Shown here one piece after another: positions 29,706 through 40,256 of a stretch of DNA of 64,000 nucleotides (position 1 is its first letter; each line of letters begins with the position of its first letter). The notes below the pieces were generated by a model that had not been told where the DNA came from, ran no database searches, and saw nothing but the letters and a program-made list of their open reading frames with translations. Origin of the DNA: Tagaea sp. (GTDB lineage: Bacteria > Pseudomonadota > Alphaproteobacteria > CACIAM-22H2); NCBI GenBank assembly GCA_965279525.1, contig CBDIIB010000004.1, positions 1,280,001 through 1,344,000 on the forward strand, in the 5' to 3' direction. The position numbers and the translations under genes are program-made.

Positions 29706-30731
29706 TCAGGCACTGTCGCGGACGATCAGTTCAAATCCGAGGTCAACGATCCGCTTCGAGAGACGTCGCCCCGCTAGGCAATCGCGCAGCATTCTTCCGG
29801 CGGCACGGCCGATCTCGTAGCGCGGGATCCGAATGGTCGTGAGCGCCGGAATCAGCTCGCCGGCGAACTCCAGATCGTCGAACCCGATGATCGAGATGTC
29901 TTCCGGGATCCGGATCCCGAGCCTGTTGCACTCCTGGACTGCGCCTATCGCGAGCACGTCGGATGCGCAGAATAGCGCTGAAGGCGTAGGTTTCATGGCC
30001 AATAGTTGACGCAAGGCCCGAGCTCCAGCCTCGACGGCGAGATCTGTGGCTATCGACCATTCTGGCCTGACGCGGATTCTCGCTGACTTCAGGGCACGGA
30101 CATAGCCGAGATGACGATCGCGCATTCGATCGTTGTTCTTCTCGTCGAGGCCTATATGCGCGATTCTGGTATGCCCCTTCGAGACGAGATACACGGTTGC
30201 TGCCCGGGCGGCCGCCTCGTTCGAGAAGCCGACAACGAGATCGAGCGGCGAATCGGGGATGTTGTTGCCCTCGATAACTGGAATACCGGACGACGAAAGA
30301 AGATGGACTGTCGATGTGGAGTGAGTCGTTCCCGTCAGGAAAATCGCGTCGACACGTCGGGACAGAAAGGCTCGGACGATCGCCTCTTCCTTCTCGAGCG
30401 AGAAGCCGGTCACGCCGACGAGAATGTGGAATCCGTCGTCGGACAACTCGTCGGACATCCCCTGGATCGTTTCGGTAAAACTCGAGTGACCGAGATGCGG
30501 CACGAGCACCGCAACGACACCGGTCTGACGCACGGACAACGAGCGCGCGACAAGATCGGGCGTATAGCCGGTCGACTTCAGCGCCGCCTCCACCCGACTT
30601 CGGGTCTCCGCAGAAACCCGATCCGGGTCCCGAAGCACGCGTGCGACGGTCATCGTCGAGACCTTCGCCATCGCAGCCACGTCCCGGATCCGTGCGCGTC
30701 CCGGCGGGGACTGGTTCGAGCTCCGCTTCAT
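29706..30731 (-). CDS. LacI-family regulator (E. coli GntR/IdnR-like branch)
   Basis: IRDVAAMAKVSTMTVARVLR HTH; IPEDISIIGFDD, PALTTI. Confidence 0.93.
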   Translation of the reverse strand: MKRSSNQSPPGRARIRDVAAMAKVSTMTVARVLRDPDRVSAETRSRVEAALKSTGYTPDLVARSLSVRQTGVVAVLVPHLGHSSFTETIQGMSDELSDDGFHILVGVTGFSLEKEEAIVRAFLSRRVDAIFLTGTTHSTSTVHLLSSSGIPVIEGNNIPDSPLDLVVGFSNEAAARAATVYLVSKGHTRIAHIGLDEKNNDRMRDRHLGYVRALKSARIRVRPEWSIATDLAVEAGARALRQLLAMKPTPSALFCASDVLAIGAVQECNRLGIRIPEDISIIGFDDLEFAGELIPALTTIRIPRYEIGRAAGRMLRDCLAGRRLSKRIVDLGFELIVRDSA

Positions 30732-31558
30732 CCTTTAAGTGCCCCGCCGACAAGACCCTGGACGAGGTATTTCCGGATGAACACGGTGAATGCCACGATC
30801 GGCGCCATCACGAGGACCGCACCGGACGAGACAAGCCCCCAGTCCGCTCCTTCGTAGGCAAGGAAGCCGACGATGGCGACAGGAAGTGTCCGCGCCTCGC
30901 GGCTTGTCAGGACGAGAGCTAGGAGAAACTCGTTCCACGCCATGATGAAGGTCAGGATGGCGGTCGCCGTCAATCCCGGTGCGGAGACCGGCAGAATCAC
31001 CTTGAGGAAAATCTGCCAGTGGCCCGCCCCGTCGATCCGAGCGGCTTCGTCCAGTTCGCGGGGCACGTCGTTGAAAAAACTCCAAAGGGACCACATCACA
31101 AGAGGGATATTAAGGTTCGCATAGGCGACGATCAGGATCCACCAGGTATCGTTGACCCCAAATGCGCGCGCCGCCAGGAAATACGGGATTATGAAGACCG
31201 TCGGCGGCACGATCCGCACGAACAACGAGTAGCCCAGCGCGATGTTGCGGAATTCTCGCCAGCGCGACCGAGAAACCACGTAAGCCGCCGGCGCACCGAC
31301 CGCGAGCGAGACGACAACCGTGCCGATCGCGACGACGACGCTGTTGACTAGGTAGGACATGAATGTCCCGTCCTCCAGCAGGCGCCGGTAGTTGTCAAGG
31401 GTCGGCCAGAAGACAAAGACTTGGGTCCGGTCGAACGCCTGCAACTGCGTCTTGAGCGACAGCAACACGATCCAGAAAAGCGGCAACAGGATTAGGGCCA
31501 GGAACACGAGCGTGCCCAACGACATCACGACGACAGGAAATTTGCGGCGGACGATCAT
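30728..31558 (-). CDS. Carbohydrate ABC permease (MalG-like)
   Basis: LDEAARIDGA, AWNEF motifs. Confidence 0.93.
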   Translation of the reverse strand: MIVRRKFPVVVMSLGTLVFLALILLPLFWIVLLSLKTQLQAFDRTQVFVFWPTLDNYRRLLEDGTFMSYLVNSVVVAIGTVVVSLAVGAPAAYVVSRSRWREFRNIALGYSLFVRIVPPTVFIIPYFLAARAFGVNDTWWILIVAYANLNIPLVMWSLWSFFNDVPRELDEAARIDGAGHWQIFLKVILPVSAPGLTATAILTFIMAWNEFLLALVLTSREARTLPVAIVGFLAYEGADWGLVSSGAVLVMAPIVAFTVFIRKYLVQGLVGGALKG

Positions 31559-31571
31559 TCCGGTATTCGGC

Positions 31572-32462
31572 TCACGACTGGACCTGCGGACGGACCAGCG
31601 ATCTGTAGAGCGGTGCGCAGATGACCGCCATCATCAGCAGGATCACGACGAGCATCGTCGCCGAATAGCCAAGATCGAAGTACCGGAAGCCGGTCAGATA
31701 GGCATAGAAATCCATGTTTTCGGTCGCGTTGCCCGGGCCGCCACCGGTGATCGTGAAGATGACCGGAAACACTTTTGTGCTTTCGATGATGCGGAACAGC
31801 AGGACGACGAGAATTGTCGGAATCAGCATGGGAATAGTCACGTGGCGCAGTACCTGCCAGGAACTCGCGCCGTCGATATGTGCCGCCTCAAAGACGTCCT
31901 GCGGCAGCGACTCAAGTCCGGCAAGTAGCAGCAGCATGACATAGGGTGTCCACTCCCATGTCAGGGTCAAGATGAGCGCTCCCATCGCGCCGTTCGCCGT
32001 TTCGAGGAAGCCGGGGGTACTCAGGCCCAGCAGCGACATGAAGTAGTCGAGCCCGCCAAGATCGGGAATCAGGAACGCCTTCCACAGAACTCCGACGACG
32101 ACCGGCGGCAACACCATCGGCAATATGAAAAGCGACCGTATCGCCTTGAGCGATCGGATCGCCGAGTGGAGAAGGAGCGCGAGCGACAGACCGAGGAACA
32201 TCTGCAAGATAGTCGGGACAACGATGTAGATGAGACCGTTCATGACGGTCGACCACCAGCGTGCGTCGGTCGCGAGTCGGACATAGTGCTCGAAGCCAAT
32301 CCAATCCCAGCGCGCAAGGCGGTTGAGCCGGAGGTCGGTAAAGCTGACGAGAATCGCGAAGGCAAGCGGAATGACCGTCAGGAAAAGTAGCGCCGCAACC
32401 AGCGGTGCCACCATGACGATCTGCGTCCCCTTTTCGCGCCCGGTCCGACTCACGCCACGCAA
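31572..32462 (-). CDS. Carbohydrate ABC permease (MalF-like)
   Basis: WEWTPY, EAAHIDGA, TGGGPG motifs; start uncertain. Confidence 0.9.
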   Translation of the reverse strand: MRGVSRTGREKGTQIVMVAPLVAALLFLTVIPLAFAILVSFTDLRLNRLARWDWIGFEHYVRLATDARWWSTVMNGLIYIVVPTILQMFLGLSLALLLHSAIRSLKAIRSLFILPMVLPPVVVGVLWKAFLIPDLGGLDYFMSLLGLSTPGFLETANGAMGALILTLTWEWTPYVMLLLLAGLESLPQDVFEAAHIDGASSWQVLRHVTIPMLIPTILVVLLFRIIESTKVFPVIFTITGGGPGNATENMDFYAYLTGFRYFDLGYSATMLVVILLMMAVICAPLYRSLVRPQVQS

Positions 32463-32463
32463 C

Positions 32464-33834
32464 CTAGCGGAAGTATCCTGCCTGTCTCAGTATCCGCTCG
32501 ACCTCGCCGTCGGCCTGCCGCATTGCGTCGGCCGCAGTCTGACGACCGATCGTGGCACGGCTGATCGCATTGCTGATGGCGTCGCCGACCTCACCCCATT
32601 CCGGAATTGGCGGCGTATAGACGGGCGACCGTTCTTCGAGCATGCGCCGGACGGCTGGGAGATACTCGCCATCTGCCAGATTGTTCTTCTTCTGGAAGTC
32701 CGCATTGTCGACCGTACTGCGTCGCGGCGAAGCGACATAGGGCGTGCGCATCGCAAGATCGAGCAGTACACCCTTGCTCGTCGCCCACTTGATGAATTCC
32801 CACGCTGCAGGCTTGTTGCGCGCGTTCTTCGCCATGCCGATCCCGTGCTCGGCAAAAGCCGGAAAGCGGCCCGCCGGGCCGCGCGGCACCGATGCGATGC
32901 CCGTCTTTCCGTGGGCCTGCGAGCGATCTGCGCTGAGGAACAGGTTCGCGAGCGGATGGCCGTCCATGACCATGGCAACCCGCCCCTGTTGCATCGCAAC
33001 GATGACTTCCTCGTGGGTCGCGTTCACTGAGCCTGGAAAGCCGTACTGGCGGACGAGCGTCGACCACATCTCGACAGCCTTCACGGTATTCGGGTCGGAA
33101 AGTGCCGGACGCATGTCGGACGGGAAATTCCGGAAGAATTTTCCGCCTTGCGCATACAGGAGAATCGGGAAAGGCCACAGGTTTCCTTCGACTCCGGCCG
33201 CACCGCGCAGACCGATCGGCGCCACGTCCGGCACCCGCTCGCGCAGTATCCGGCAGGTTTCCATCATCTCGTCGAATGTCTCGGGAGGCTTGGTAAGCCC
33301 TGCCTTGGCGAAGATGTCCCGTCGCCAATACAGAAGAATGGTGGCCGAGAAAATCGGAAGATCGTATCTCTTTCCGGACGAAACGCCCTGCGCCACCGAG
33401 ATCGGGAAGAAGTCGTTGAATTCATAGGCCGCCGGCGTCAGCGCCGGATTTGACAGGAACGGATCGAGAGGCGCCAGCCACTCCGACTTGTGATAGGCGG
33501 GTCGATTGAAGGGCGGTATCTGGTAGACGTCATATGCACTGGAGCCGGTGGAAAGCTCGAGCTGCTGCTTCTGGAGATTGTCGAGCGTGCCGAGTAGCTC
33601 GAAATTGACCTTGATGCCGGTCTGTTCTTGGAACGCCGGCAGGACAGTCCGCAAGCCCGTGCTGAACAGATAGTTCAGACTGATGAAGTTGAGGGTCGTG
33701 CCGCGGTAGGGCTGTCCGGGAAGAAGTACATCGGAGCCGACCGTCGAGGATTGCGCCTGCCCGGGATTGGACCCGATTGCGAGAAGCGCCGAACCAGTCG
33801 CTGCACCCATGAAGTCACGTCGCGTGATACCCAT
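32464..33834 (-). CDS. Carbohydrate ABC substrate-binding protein, Tat signal
   Basis: TRRDFM leader; LYWRRDIF..KPPETFDE; AWEFIKW. Confidence 0.92.
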   Translation of the reverse strand: MGITRRDFMGAATGSALLAIGSNPGQAQSSTVGSDVLLPGQPYRGTTLNFISLNYLFSTGLRTVLPAFQEQTGIKVNFELLGTLDNLQKQQLELSTGSSAYDVYQIPPFNRPAYHKSEWLAPLDPFLSNPALTPAAYEFNDFFPISVAQGVSSGKRYDLPIFSATILLYWRRDIFAKAGLTKPPETFDEMMETCRILRERVPDVAPIGLRGAAGVEGNLWPFPILLYAQGGKFFRNFPSDMRPALSDPNTVKAVEMWSTLVRQYGFPGSVNATHEEVIVAMQQGRVAMVMDGHPLANLFLSADRSQAHGKTGIASVPRGPAGRFPAFAEHGIGMAKNARNKPAAWEFIKWATSKGVLLDLAMRTPYVASPRRSTVDNADFQKKNNLADGEYLPAVRRMLEERSPVYTPPIPEWGEVGDAISNAISRATIGRQTAADAMRQADGEVERILRQAGYFR

Positions 33835-33976
33835 GGCCGATTCCTCCCTGTCAAAGACCGCGGATGCTCTCGTGCAATCTCTGGTCCCAGCATGGAAGCG
33901 AATCCGCGCCGAACAAGTGAGTGCAGGTCATCCTTGCGATCGCGTTTTCTGCGGCAGTTTCCTCGTATTTTATCTT

Positions 33977-33992
33977 ATGTTACCGAGTACAT
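33977..33992. promoter_or_regulatory. LacI-type operator ATGTTACCGAGTACAT
   Basis: Imperfect palindrome with central CG, resembling the E. coli GntR site ATGTTACCGGTAACAT, in a divergent intergenic region. Confidence 0.65.
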
Positions 33993-34051
33993 TATCAGTC
34001 TGGAAAGCCGGGCGCAATCCTGTTCCTTGACGCTTTCAAGGAGAAGCAATA

Positions 34052-35677
34052 GTGGCCAGTCTCGAAACGGAACACGACTTCGTCGTTATCGGCGCCGGAT
34101 CAGCTGGCTCCGCTGTCGCAAGCCGGCTGTCAGAGTCTGGTGCAAACAGTGTTCTTCTCCTTGAAGCGGGCGAAGACGATCCGTGGATATGGTTCCGGGT
34201 GCCACTTGGCGCAGGCTACATCCTGCTTACCCAGCGCGGCATGTGGCGCTTTCGCACGGAGCCCGAGGCGCGGATGGGCAACAGAGCGATGTATTGGCCG
34301 CGCGGCCGGATACTCGGCGGATCTTCGACGGTCAATGGCATGCTGTGGGTCCGCGGTGAGCCGGCGGAGTACGACAACTGGGCAGCACTCGGCAACGGCG
34401 GATGGAGTTATGCGGATATCCTGCCGTATTTGAAGAAGATCGAGCGATATGCCGATGGCGATCCGGAGTTCCGCGGCGCGCAAGGACCGATCCATATCGA
34501 CCGGTTTCCAGGCGACAAGCTCGACAATGCCTTTCTCGCCGCCTGCATCGAGGCGGGCATTCCTTCGAACGCCGACTATAACGGTGCCCGATATGAAGGC
34601 GTTGGCCATCTTCAGAGCAACACCAGACGCGGCATGCGCCACGGCGCGCGGGAGGCCTATATTTACCCGGCGCGGGAGCGGCCTTCACTCGAGATCAGGA
34701 CGAACGCCCGTGCACGGAAAGTCCGGATCGAAGAGGGCCGCGCGACCGGCGTCGAGTATGATTCCGGAAGCGGTATCCGGTTTGCCCGCGCAAGGCGGGA
34801 GGTGATTATCAGTGCCGGCGCTATCCAGAGTCCGCAGATCCTCGAGCTATCGGGAATAGGGAATCCCGCGATCCTCTCCCGTCACGGCATTGCTCCGATT
34901 GTCGATCTGCCCGGTGTCGGTGAGAATTTGCGCGATCACCTTCACACACGGATCTCATACGAGTGTCGAGAGCCGATCACGCTCAATGACAGACTCAATA
35001 ATCCGCTCCGCAAGATTTTGATGGGACTTCGATACCTTCTGCTGCGACAAGGCCCCATGAGCGCGTGTACGGCAATGGTTCACGCCCTCGCCAAGTCTGA
35101 TCCGTCCCTCGACCGGCCGGACGTCAAGATCCAGATGCACAACGTCAGCGCCGACGATCCCCGGCATCCGACCGAGTTCCGTGTCGATCCGTTCTCAGGC
35201 TTTGGCATCGGAACATTCATGCTGCGGCCGGAGTCGCGTGGCTCGGTACATATCCGTTCGTCGGATCCAGCGGACGCACCGGCCATCGTCGCGAACTATT
35301 TGTCGGACGAGCGCGATCGACAAACAAGCATCGCCGCCCTGCGACTGGCGCGACGGGTCGCCGAGCAGCCGGCACTGAAAGCACTGATCGTACGAGAGGT
35401 GCGCCCTGGTCTGGACAGACAGTCGGACGAGGAGCTGCTCGAACACATCGCAAGGCAGGGTGCAACTTCATACCACCCGATCGGAACCTGCCGTATGGGG
35501 AATGACCGCATGGCCGTCGTCGATCCGGAACTGCGCGTTCACGGGGTTCGATCGTTGCGTGTGGCTGATGCTTCGATCATGCCGACAATGGTCTCGTCGA
35601 ACACGAACGCACCATCATTCATGATCGGCGAGCGCTGCGCCGAATTCGTAATTCGGGAACTGCGGCGCAACTCCTGA
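34052..35677 (+). CDS. GMC-family FAD oxidoreductase (choline dehydrogenase-like)
   Basis: GAGSAG, PRGRILGGSSTVNGM, GVGENLRDH, YHPIGTCRMG, SSNTNAP. Confidence 0.93.
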   Translation: MASLETEHDFVVIGAGSAGSAVASRLSESGANSVLLLEAGEDDPWIWFRVPLGAGYILLTQRGMWRFRTEPEARMGNRAMYWPRGRILGGSSTVNGMLWVRGEPAEYDNWAALGNGGWSYADILPYLKKIERYADGDPEFRGAQGPIHIDRFPGDKLDNAFLAACIEAGIPSNADYNGARYEGVGHLQSNTRRGMRHGAREAYIYPARERPSLEIRTNARARKVRIEEGRATGVEYDSGSGIRFARARREVIISAGAIQSPQILELSGIGNPAILSRHGIAPIVDLPGVGENLRDHLHTRISYECREPITLNDRLNNPLRKILMGLRYLLLRQGPMSACTAMVHALAKSDPSLDRPDVKIQMHNVSADDPRHPTEFRVDPFSGFGIGTFMLRPESRGSVHIRSSDPADAPAIVANYLSDERDRQTSIAALRLARRVAEQPALKALIVREVRPGLDRQSDEELLEHIARQGATSYHPIGTCRMGNDRMAVVDPELRVHGVRSLRVADASIMPTMVSSNTNAPSFMIGERCAEFVIRELRRNS

Positions 35678-35684
35678 CTGTTGC

Positions 35685-37916
35685 TTAGGCCGGTGCCGGA
35701 TTGCCCGGGACGATCCGTACTTCGGAAATCCGCCCGGTATAGCGGAACGTGCCATGCCGCTCGTAGAGATCCCAATAGACCGGTGCCCGCCGGTCGATAC
35801 CGACGTCGAGCCCTTCGAACAGGCCGACCATCAGGGTCGGCGAGAGTTCGGTCCAGTCGACGCGCTGGGTTCCGTCGATCAACAGCCGTCCCTCGCCTCT
35901 TCTTTTGCCGAGCGCACGATATTCAAACTTTGCGATCCTCTCCCCGGGGTCAAGGGTTACGCCCGGCAGATTCGAAGGTTCACCGAAGCCGTTGTAGTGG
36001 ATGTTCAGGCGGTCGGCTTCGACGTAGGCGACGATCCCACCGATGACGTCACCGAGTGCCCAGAGCACGCCCTGGTCACCTTGGCGTTGCTCAAAATCCA
36101 CCGTGATCTCGAACGAACGGTTTGCAACCATCGGCACGACGTCGATCCGGTGCACAGACTGTGCGCCGGGATGGAACCGGCGCGGCTGGCTCGCGCGCTC
36201 GCGCCGCCAGGCAGGTACGTCGCCGAACTTTCCCGGCCGGCCTCGATTGTCGAGCGGATAGACGAGGTTCTTCCACGCGGCCGCATCGAAGGCGTCGACA
36301 AGCTCCTTGAGCAGGCCGGAATTTTCGGCAGCGAGGTCTGTGCTCTCCGAAAAATCCTTTTGAAGATCGTGAAGAGTCCAGTTGTCCATGTCGATTGGCG
36401 TGTCGCGTACCTGGAGGGATCGCGCGAGCCAGCCCTTGCGGAAATAGGCGCGGTTCGACCAGCACTCGTAGTATTGCTCGTCGCGCGGCGCGGGCGCGTC
36501 GGCAAGCCAGACCTGCGCATAACTCTTCCCGTCGGATGTACGCGTCGGCTTTCCCTGATTGCTGTCCAACGGCGCGACACCTGCCACATCCAGCAAGGTC
36601 GGCATGATGTCGGTCACGTGCATGAACTGGCGGCGTATTGCGCCCGCATCTAGTATCTTCGCAGGCCACGACACGATCATGCTGACACGCCGGCCACCCG
36701 CACCGGTATATGTCTTGAAGCTGGGAAACGGCGTATTCGAAACTTCACCCCACGCCGTCGGATAGAGCGACACGCTTTGCGGACCGCCAAGCCGATCCAC
36801 CATTGCCCTCTCGCGGTCAAGTGGTTGGAGCGGAAGGCCAGAGTAGCGGCGGTTGTTGTTTATCATGCCGACCGAGCCGCCGGCATCCGTACCGCCATTG
36901 TCCGACGAGAACAGGATGATCGTGTTGTCGAGTTCGCCGATCCGGGTCAGGAATGCGACGAGTTTGCCGACATTCTGATCGGCGTTGTCGAGCATTGCCG
37001 CATAGGCCTCCATGTGGCGCTCGAAAAGCGGTCGATCGGCCGGATCTGTCTTGCTCCAGTCGGGCACGCGCGGGTCCGACGGCGGCAGGCGCGTGCTCTC
37101 GGGAATGAGTCCAAGTTCGATCTGCCGACGATAGCGATCAAGGCGCGCCTTGGTCCAGCCGCCCGAATAGCGGCCGGCATACCGGCTCATATCCGACAAC
37201 TTGGCCTGGATCGGCCCGTGCATGGCATTGTTGGCGACATAGAGAAGGAACGGCTTCGCCGGGTCGCTCTCCCGCAACTCTTTGACGAACCTGATCCCCT
37301 GATCCATCCAGTCGTCGCCGGAGTAATAGTCGCGCGGATACTCGTCGATCGGCAGGGTCTGATTGTTAAGCATCAGGCGAGACGGAAAGAAGTGATGCGT
37401 CTCTCCGTCCATGAATCCGTAAAACGTGTCGAAGCCCCGCTGAGACGGCCAATTGTGCTTCGATCCACCGGGAACCGTGTCGCCGGCCGGGGTGTTGTGC
37501 CATTTCCCGCACATGATCGTCTCGTATCCCGACGCACGGAGCGTTTCGGCAACCGTGGCGGCTTCGATCGGGATCTCGCCTGAATAGCCGGGGTATCCGG
37601 GATGGTTGTTCGCGAGCCAGCCGCTGCCGACCGTATGCGCATTGCAGCCCGTCAACAGGGCTGCACGCGCGGCTGAACAGATCGGGTGGGTCGTATAGTG
37701 CGTGAACAGGAGGCCCCGCCGCGCAAGCGCGTCGATATGCGGCGTATCGATCTCGGACCCGTAGCATCCCGGATCGGACCAGCCCATGTCGTCCATGTAG
37801 ACGATGACGATGTTGGGTGCATCGGGCCGTGCCTGCTGTCGGGGCGGCCACCAAGGTGACGATTCCTCGCGCGTACGGCCGATCTTGCCTTCGAAACGAG
37901 TATCTTCGCCTGGCAT
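35685..37916 (-). CDS. Arylsulfatase (AtsA-like with C-terminal LamG-like extension), non-canonical CSAAR motif
   Basis: Re-started at MPGEDTRF; PNIVIVYMDDMG, ICSAARAALLTG, GKWH, SDNGG, NTPF. Confidence 0.88.
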   Translation of the reverse strand: MPGEDTRFEGKIGRTREESSPWWPPRQQARPDAPNIVIVYMDDMGWSDPGCYGSEIDTPHIDALARRGLLFTHYTTHPICSAARAALLTGCNAHTVGSGWLANNHPGYPGYSGEIPIEAATVAETLRASGYETIMCGKWHNTPAGDTVPGGSKHNWPSQRGFDTFYGFMDGETHHFFPSRLMLNNQTLPIDEYPRDYYSGDDWMDQGIRFVKELRESDPAKPFLLYVANNAMHGPIQAKLSDMSRYAGRYSGGWTKARLDRYRRQIELGLIPESTRLPPSDPRVPDWSKTDPADRPLFERHMEAYAAMLDNADQNVGKLVAFLTRIGELDNTIILFSSDNGGTDAGGSVGMINNNRRYSGLPLQPLDRERAMVDRLGGPQSVSLYPTAWGEVSNTPFPSFKTYTGAGGRRVSMIVSWPAKILDAGAIRRQFMHVTDIMPTLLDVAGVAPLDSNQGKPTRTSDGKSYAQVWLADAPAPRDEQYYECWSNRAYFRKGWLARSLQVRDTPIDMDNWTLHDLQKDFSESTDLAAENSGLLKELVDAFDAAAWKNLVYPLDNRGRPGKFGDVPAWRRERASQPRRFHPGAQSVHRIDVVPMVANRSFEITVDFEQRQGDQGVLWALGDVIGGIVAYVEADRLNIHYNGFGEPSNLPGVTLDPGERIAKFEYRALGKRRGEGRLLIDGTQRVDWTELSPTLMVGLFEGLDVGIDRRAPVYWDLYERHGTFRYTGRISEVRIVPGNPAPA

Positions 37917-37942
37917 GTTTCTCTCTGCTTTGACGCGCGGCG

Positions 37943-40243
37943 TCATTGATCGGTGAAAGCGGACCTCAGCTTCGCACCGGAATCGTCCGGGCCGCCCTTT
38001 GCTTCGACTGTCACGACAACCCGCACGATCGTACCCGTGAACCGGAACGGAGCCGCATAGTCGGCTGTGACAGGCAGGCCACTGTCGTATCCGCAGCAAA
38101 GGCCTTCGCCGGATGTCTCGATGACGGCGGGAACAGTATTAGGGACATCGCCGACGCCGACGATACGATCGTCGATCAGCAGTATCCCGCGTCCGGCATG
38201 GTCCGCCGTCCGCTCGAAGCGGAACGAAAGAATATGCTTACCCGGCAGTACGGGTTCGGACGACGAGATCCGGTACTCCGCAAGACCGAGATAGTTGTGC
38301 ACGTAGTGAAGGCGGCCACCCTTGACATAGAGCGAATAGCCGGCGAACCAGCTGCCGTGCGCCAGGAGAACGCCCTCGGCGCCGCCGGTTGGAATTTCGA
38401 CCTCGGCTCGGATCAGGTGAGAACGGTCCTTCAGGTCGACGGCCGTGTACTCGAACTGCGGTGCTGCTCCGGAATAGTAGACCACCGGTCCGTCGGCACG
38501 TGCGGTCCCCGGCTTGCGCTCGCCCATACGTGCCTGCATGCGCGAGTCGAGCGGTAGAACGTTGTATTTTTCCGCCTCCTGCCACCAGATCGCGACGAGC
38601 GCCTTGAGCTTCTCGGGATGCACGTCGGCGAGATCGTTGGATTCCGAAAAATCTTTCTCGACGTGATAAAGCTCCCACTTCTGCTTCGCGAGAATTTCCT
38701 CGGTCAATTCTTGATTCTGGGGCTGTTCGACGACCGCCTTCCAGCCGTCCGCCCAGATCGCGCGCGAACCGATCATCTCGTAGTATTGGACCTTCTTGCG
38801 CGTGGGTGCCGCAGATTCTCGGAACGTATGTGCGAAGCTGACGCCTTCAAGCGGCCTCTGGGGCACGCCACCAAGTGTCTCCGGTGGCACCACGCCGAGC
38901 GCTTCGAGAATCGTCGGTGTCATGTCAACCACATGGACATACTGACCCCGGACCTCGCCGCGACCCGTAATACCCTTGGGCCAATGCGCGACGAGAGGAT
39001 CGCTCATCCCGCCCTGATGCAGATAGCGCTTCCACCGACGCAGCGGCGTGTTCCCGGCCCATGCCCAACCCCACGCGTAGTTCGGATAGGACCGGACCCC
39101 GCCCCACTCGGGCAGGTGCTCGAGGTTCTGCGCCACAGTCGCCTCGACGCGGTTCGGGAACTGCAGCTCGTTGAACGAGCCGTGGACACCGCCCTCCGCA
39201 CTCGCGCCATTGTCGGAACCGATCAAGATCAGGGTATTGTCGAGTTCGCCCAACCTCTCCAGGAAATCCACGACGCGGCCGATATGATGGTCCGTCTGCT
39301 CGATGAATCCGGCATAAACTTCATGCTGGCGCGCATAGAGTCGCCGCGCGTCGATCGACAGGGTGTCCCATCCCGGCACCCACTCCGGCCGCGGCGAAAG
39401 GATCGTATCCGGCGGGACGATTCCGCCCGTGACCTGGCGCTCGAAGACGCGCTCGCGCCAGCGGTCCCAGCCAATGTCGAATTGGCCCGAGTATTTTTCG
39501 ATCCATTCGGGCTCGACATGGTGTGGTGCATGCCCTGCTCCCGGACAGTAGTACATGAAGAACGGTTTGCTCGGGCTGACCGTGCGGAGGTCGGTGATGT
39601 ACTCGATTGCCCGATCCGCGAGATCCGCATTCAGGTGGTAACCGTCCTCCGGTCGCGCCGGCGGATCGATGTAGTGATTGTCGTGAACGAGCGTGGGAAC
39701 CCATTGGTTCGTTTTTCCGCCGAGAAATCCGTAGAAACGCTCGAATCCGCGCGACAGCGGCCAGCGTGCTTTCGAAGCGCCCGACGCATAGTCGCCCGGC
39801 GTGGTCAGGTGCCATTTCCCGATGGCGAACGTCGCATAGCCTTCGGCGAGAAGAATTTCGGAAAGAAAGCCGTTCTCCTTCGGCACGAGGCCGTTGTAGC
39901 CAGGGAATCCCGTCGCCATCTCCTGGATGATGCCAACGCCATTGGAGTGGTGGTTGCGGCCGGTCAGCAGACAGGCTCGCGTCGGCGAGCAGATCGCCGT
40001 GGTGTGGAAATCCCGATACCGCAGGCCGCCGGCGGCCAGACGATCGAATGTCTTCGTACGGATATCGGAGCCGAAGCATCCGAACTGGGCGAACCCGACA
40101 TCGTCCAGCAGCACCACGATCACGTTCGGCGCGCCAGGGCGAGTACTTTTTCCCACGGGCCAGGCGCCTTGCGACTCGCGCGCCGTCTTGCCGATGCGCC
40201 CCGGGAACGGCGAACCTTCCGGATAAGTGCGGAACTCCGACAT
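37943..40243 (-). CDS. Arylsulfatase (AtsA-like with C-terminal LamG-like extension)
   Basis: PNVIVVLLDDVG, CSPTRACLLTGRNHH, GKWH, SDNGAS, NTP. Confidence 0.93.
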   Translation of the reverse strand: MSEFRTYPEGSPFPGRIGKTARESQGAWPVGKSTRPGAPNVIVVLLDDVGFAQFGCFGSDIRTKTFDRLAAGGLRYRDFHTTAICSPTRACLLTGRNHHSNGVGIIQEMATGFPGYNGLVPKENGFLSEILLAEGYATFAIGKWHLTTPGDYASGASKARWPLSRGFERFYGFLGGKTNQWVPTLVHDNHYIDPPARPEDGYHLNADLADRAIEYITDLRTVSPSKPFFMYYCPGAGHAPHHVEPEWIEKYSGQFDIGWDRWRERVFERQVTGGIVPPDTILSPRPEWVPGWDTLSIDARRLYARQHEVYAGFIEQTDHHIGRVVDFLERLGELDNTLILIGSDNGASAEGGVHGSFNELQFPNRVEATVAQNLEHLPEWGGVRSYPNYAWGWAWAGNTPLRRWKRYLHQGGMSDPLVAHWPKGITGRGEVRGQYVHVVDMTPTILEALGVVPPETLGGVPQRPLEGVSFAHTFRESAAPTRKKVQYYEMIGSRAIWADGWKAVVEQPQNQELTEEILAKQKWELYHVEKDFSESNDLADVHPEKLKALVAIWWQEAEKYNVLPLDSRMQARMGERKPGTARADGPVVYYSGAAPQFEYTAVDLKDRSHLIRAEVEIPTGGAEGVLLAHGSWFAGYSLYVKGGRLHYVHNYLGLAEYRISSSEPVLPGKHILSFRFERTADHAGRGILLIDDRIVGVGDVPNTVPAVIETSGEGLCCGYDSGLPVTADYAAPFRFTGTIVRVVVTVEAKGGPDDSGAKLRSAFTDQ

Positions 40244-40256
40244 CGCCTCTCCCGTC

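Noticed and set aside
21744-35677. Choline-O-sulfate (betC/betA) pathway
   Set aside because: Only family-level similarity; no betB or betI, the genes are in different operons, and the neighbours are sugar enzymes
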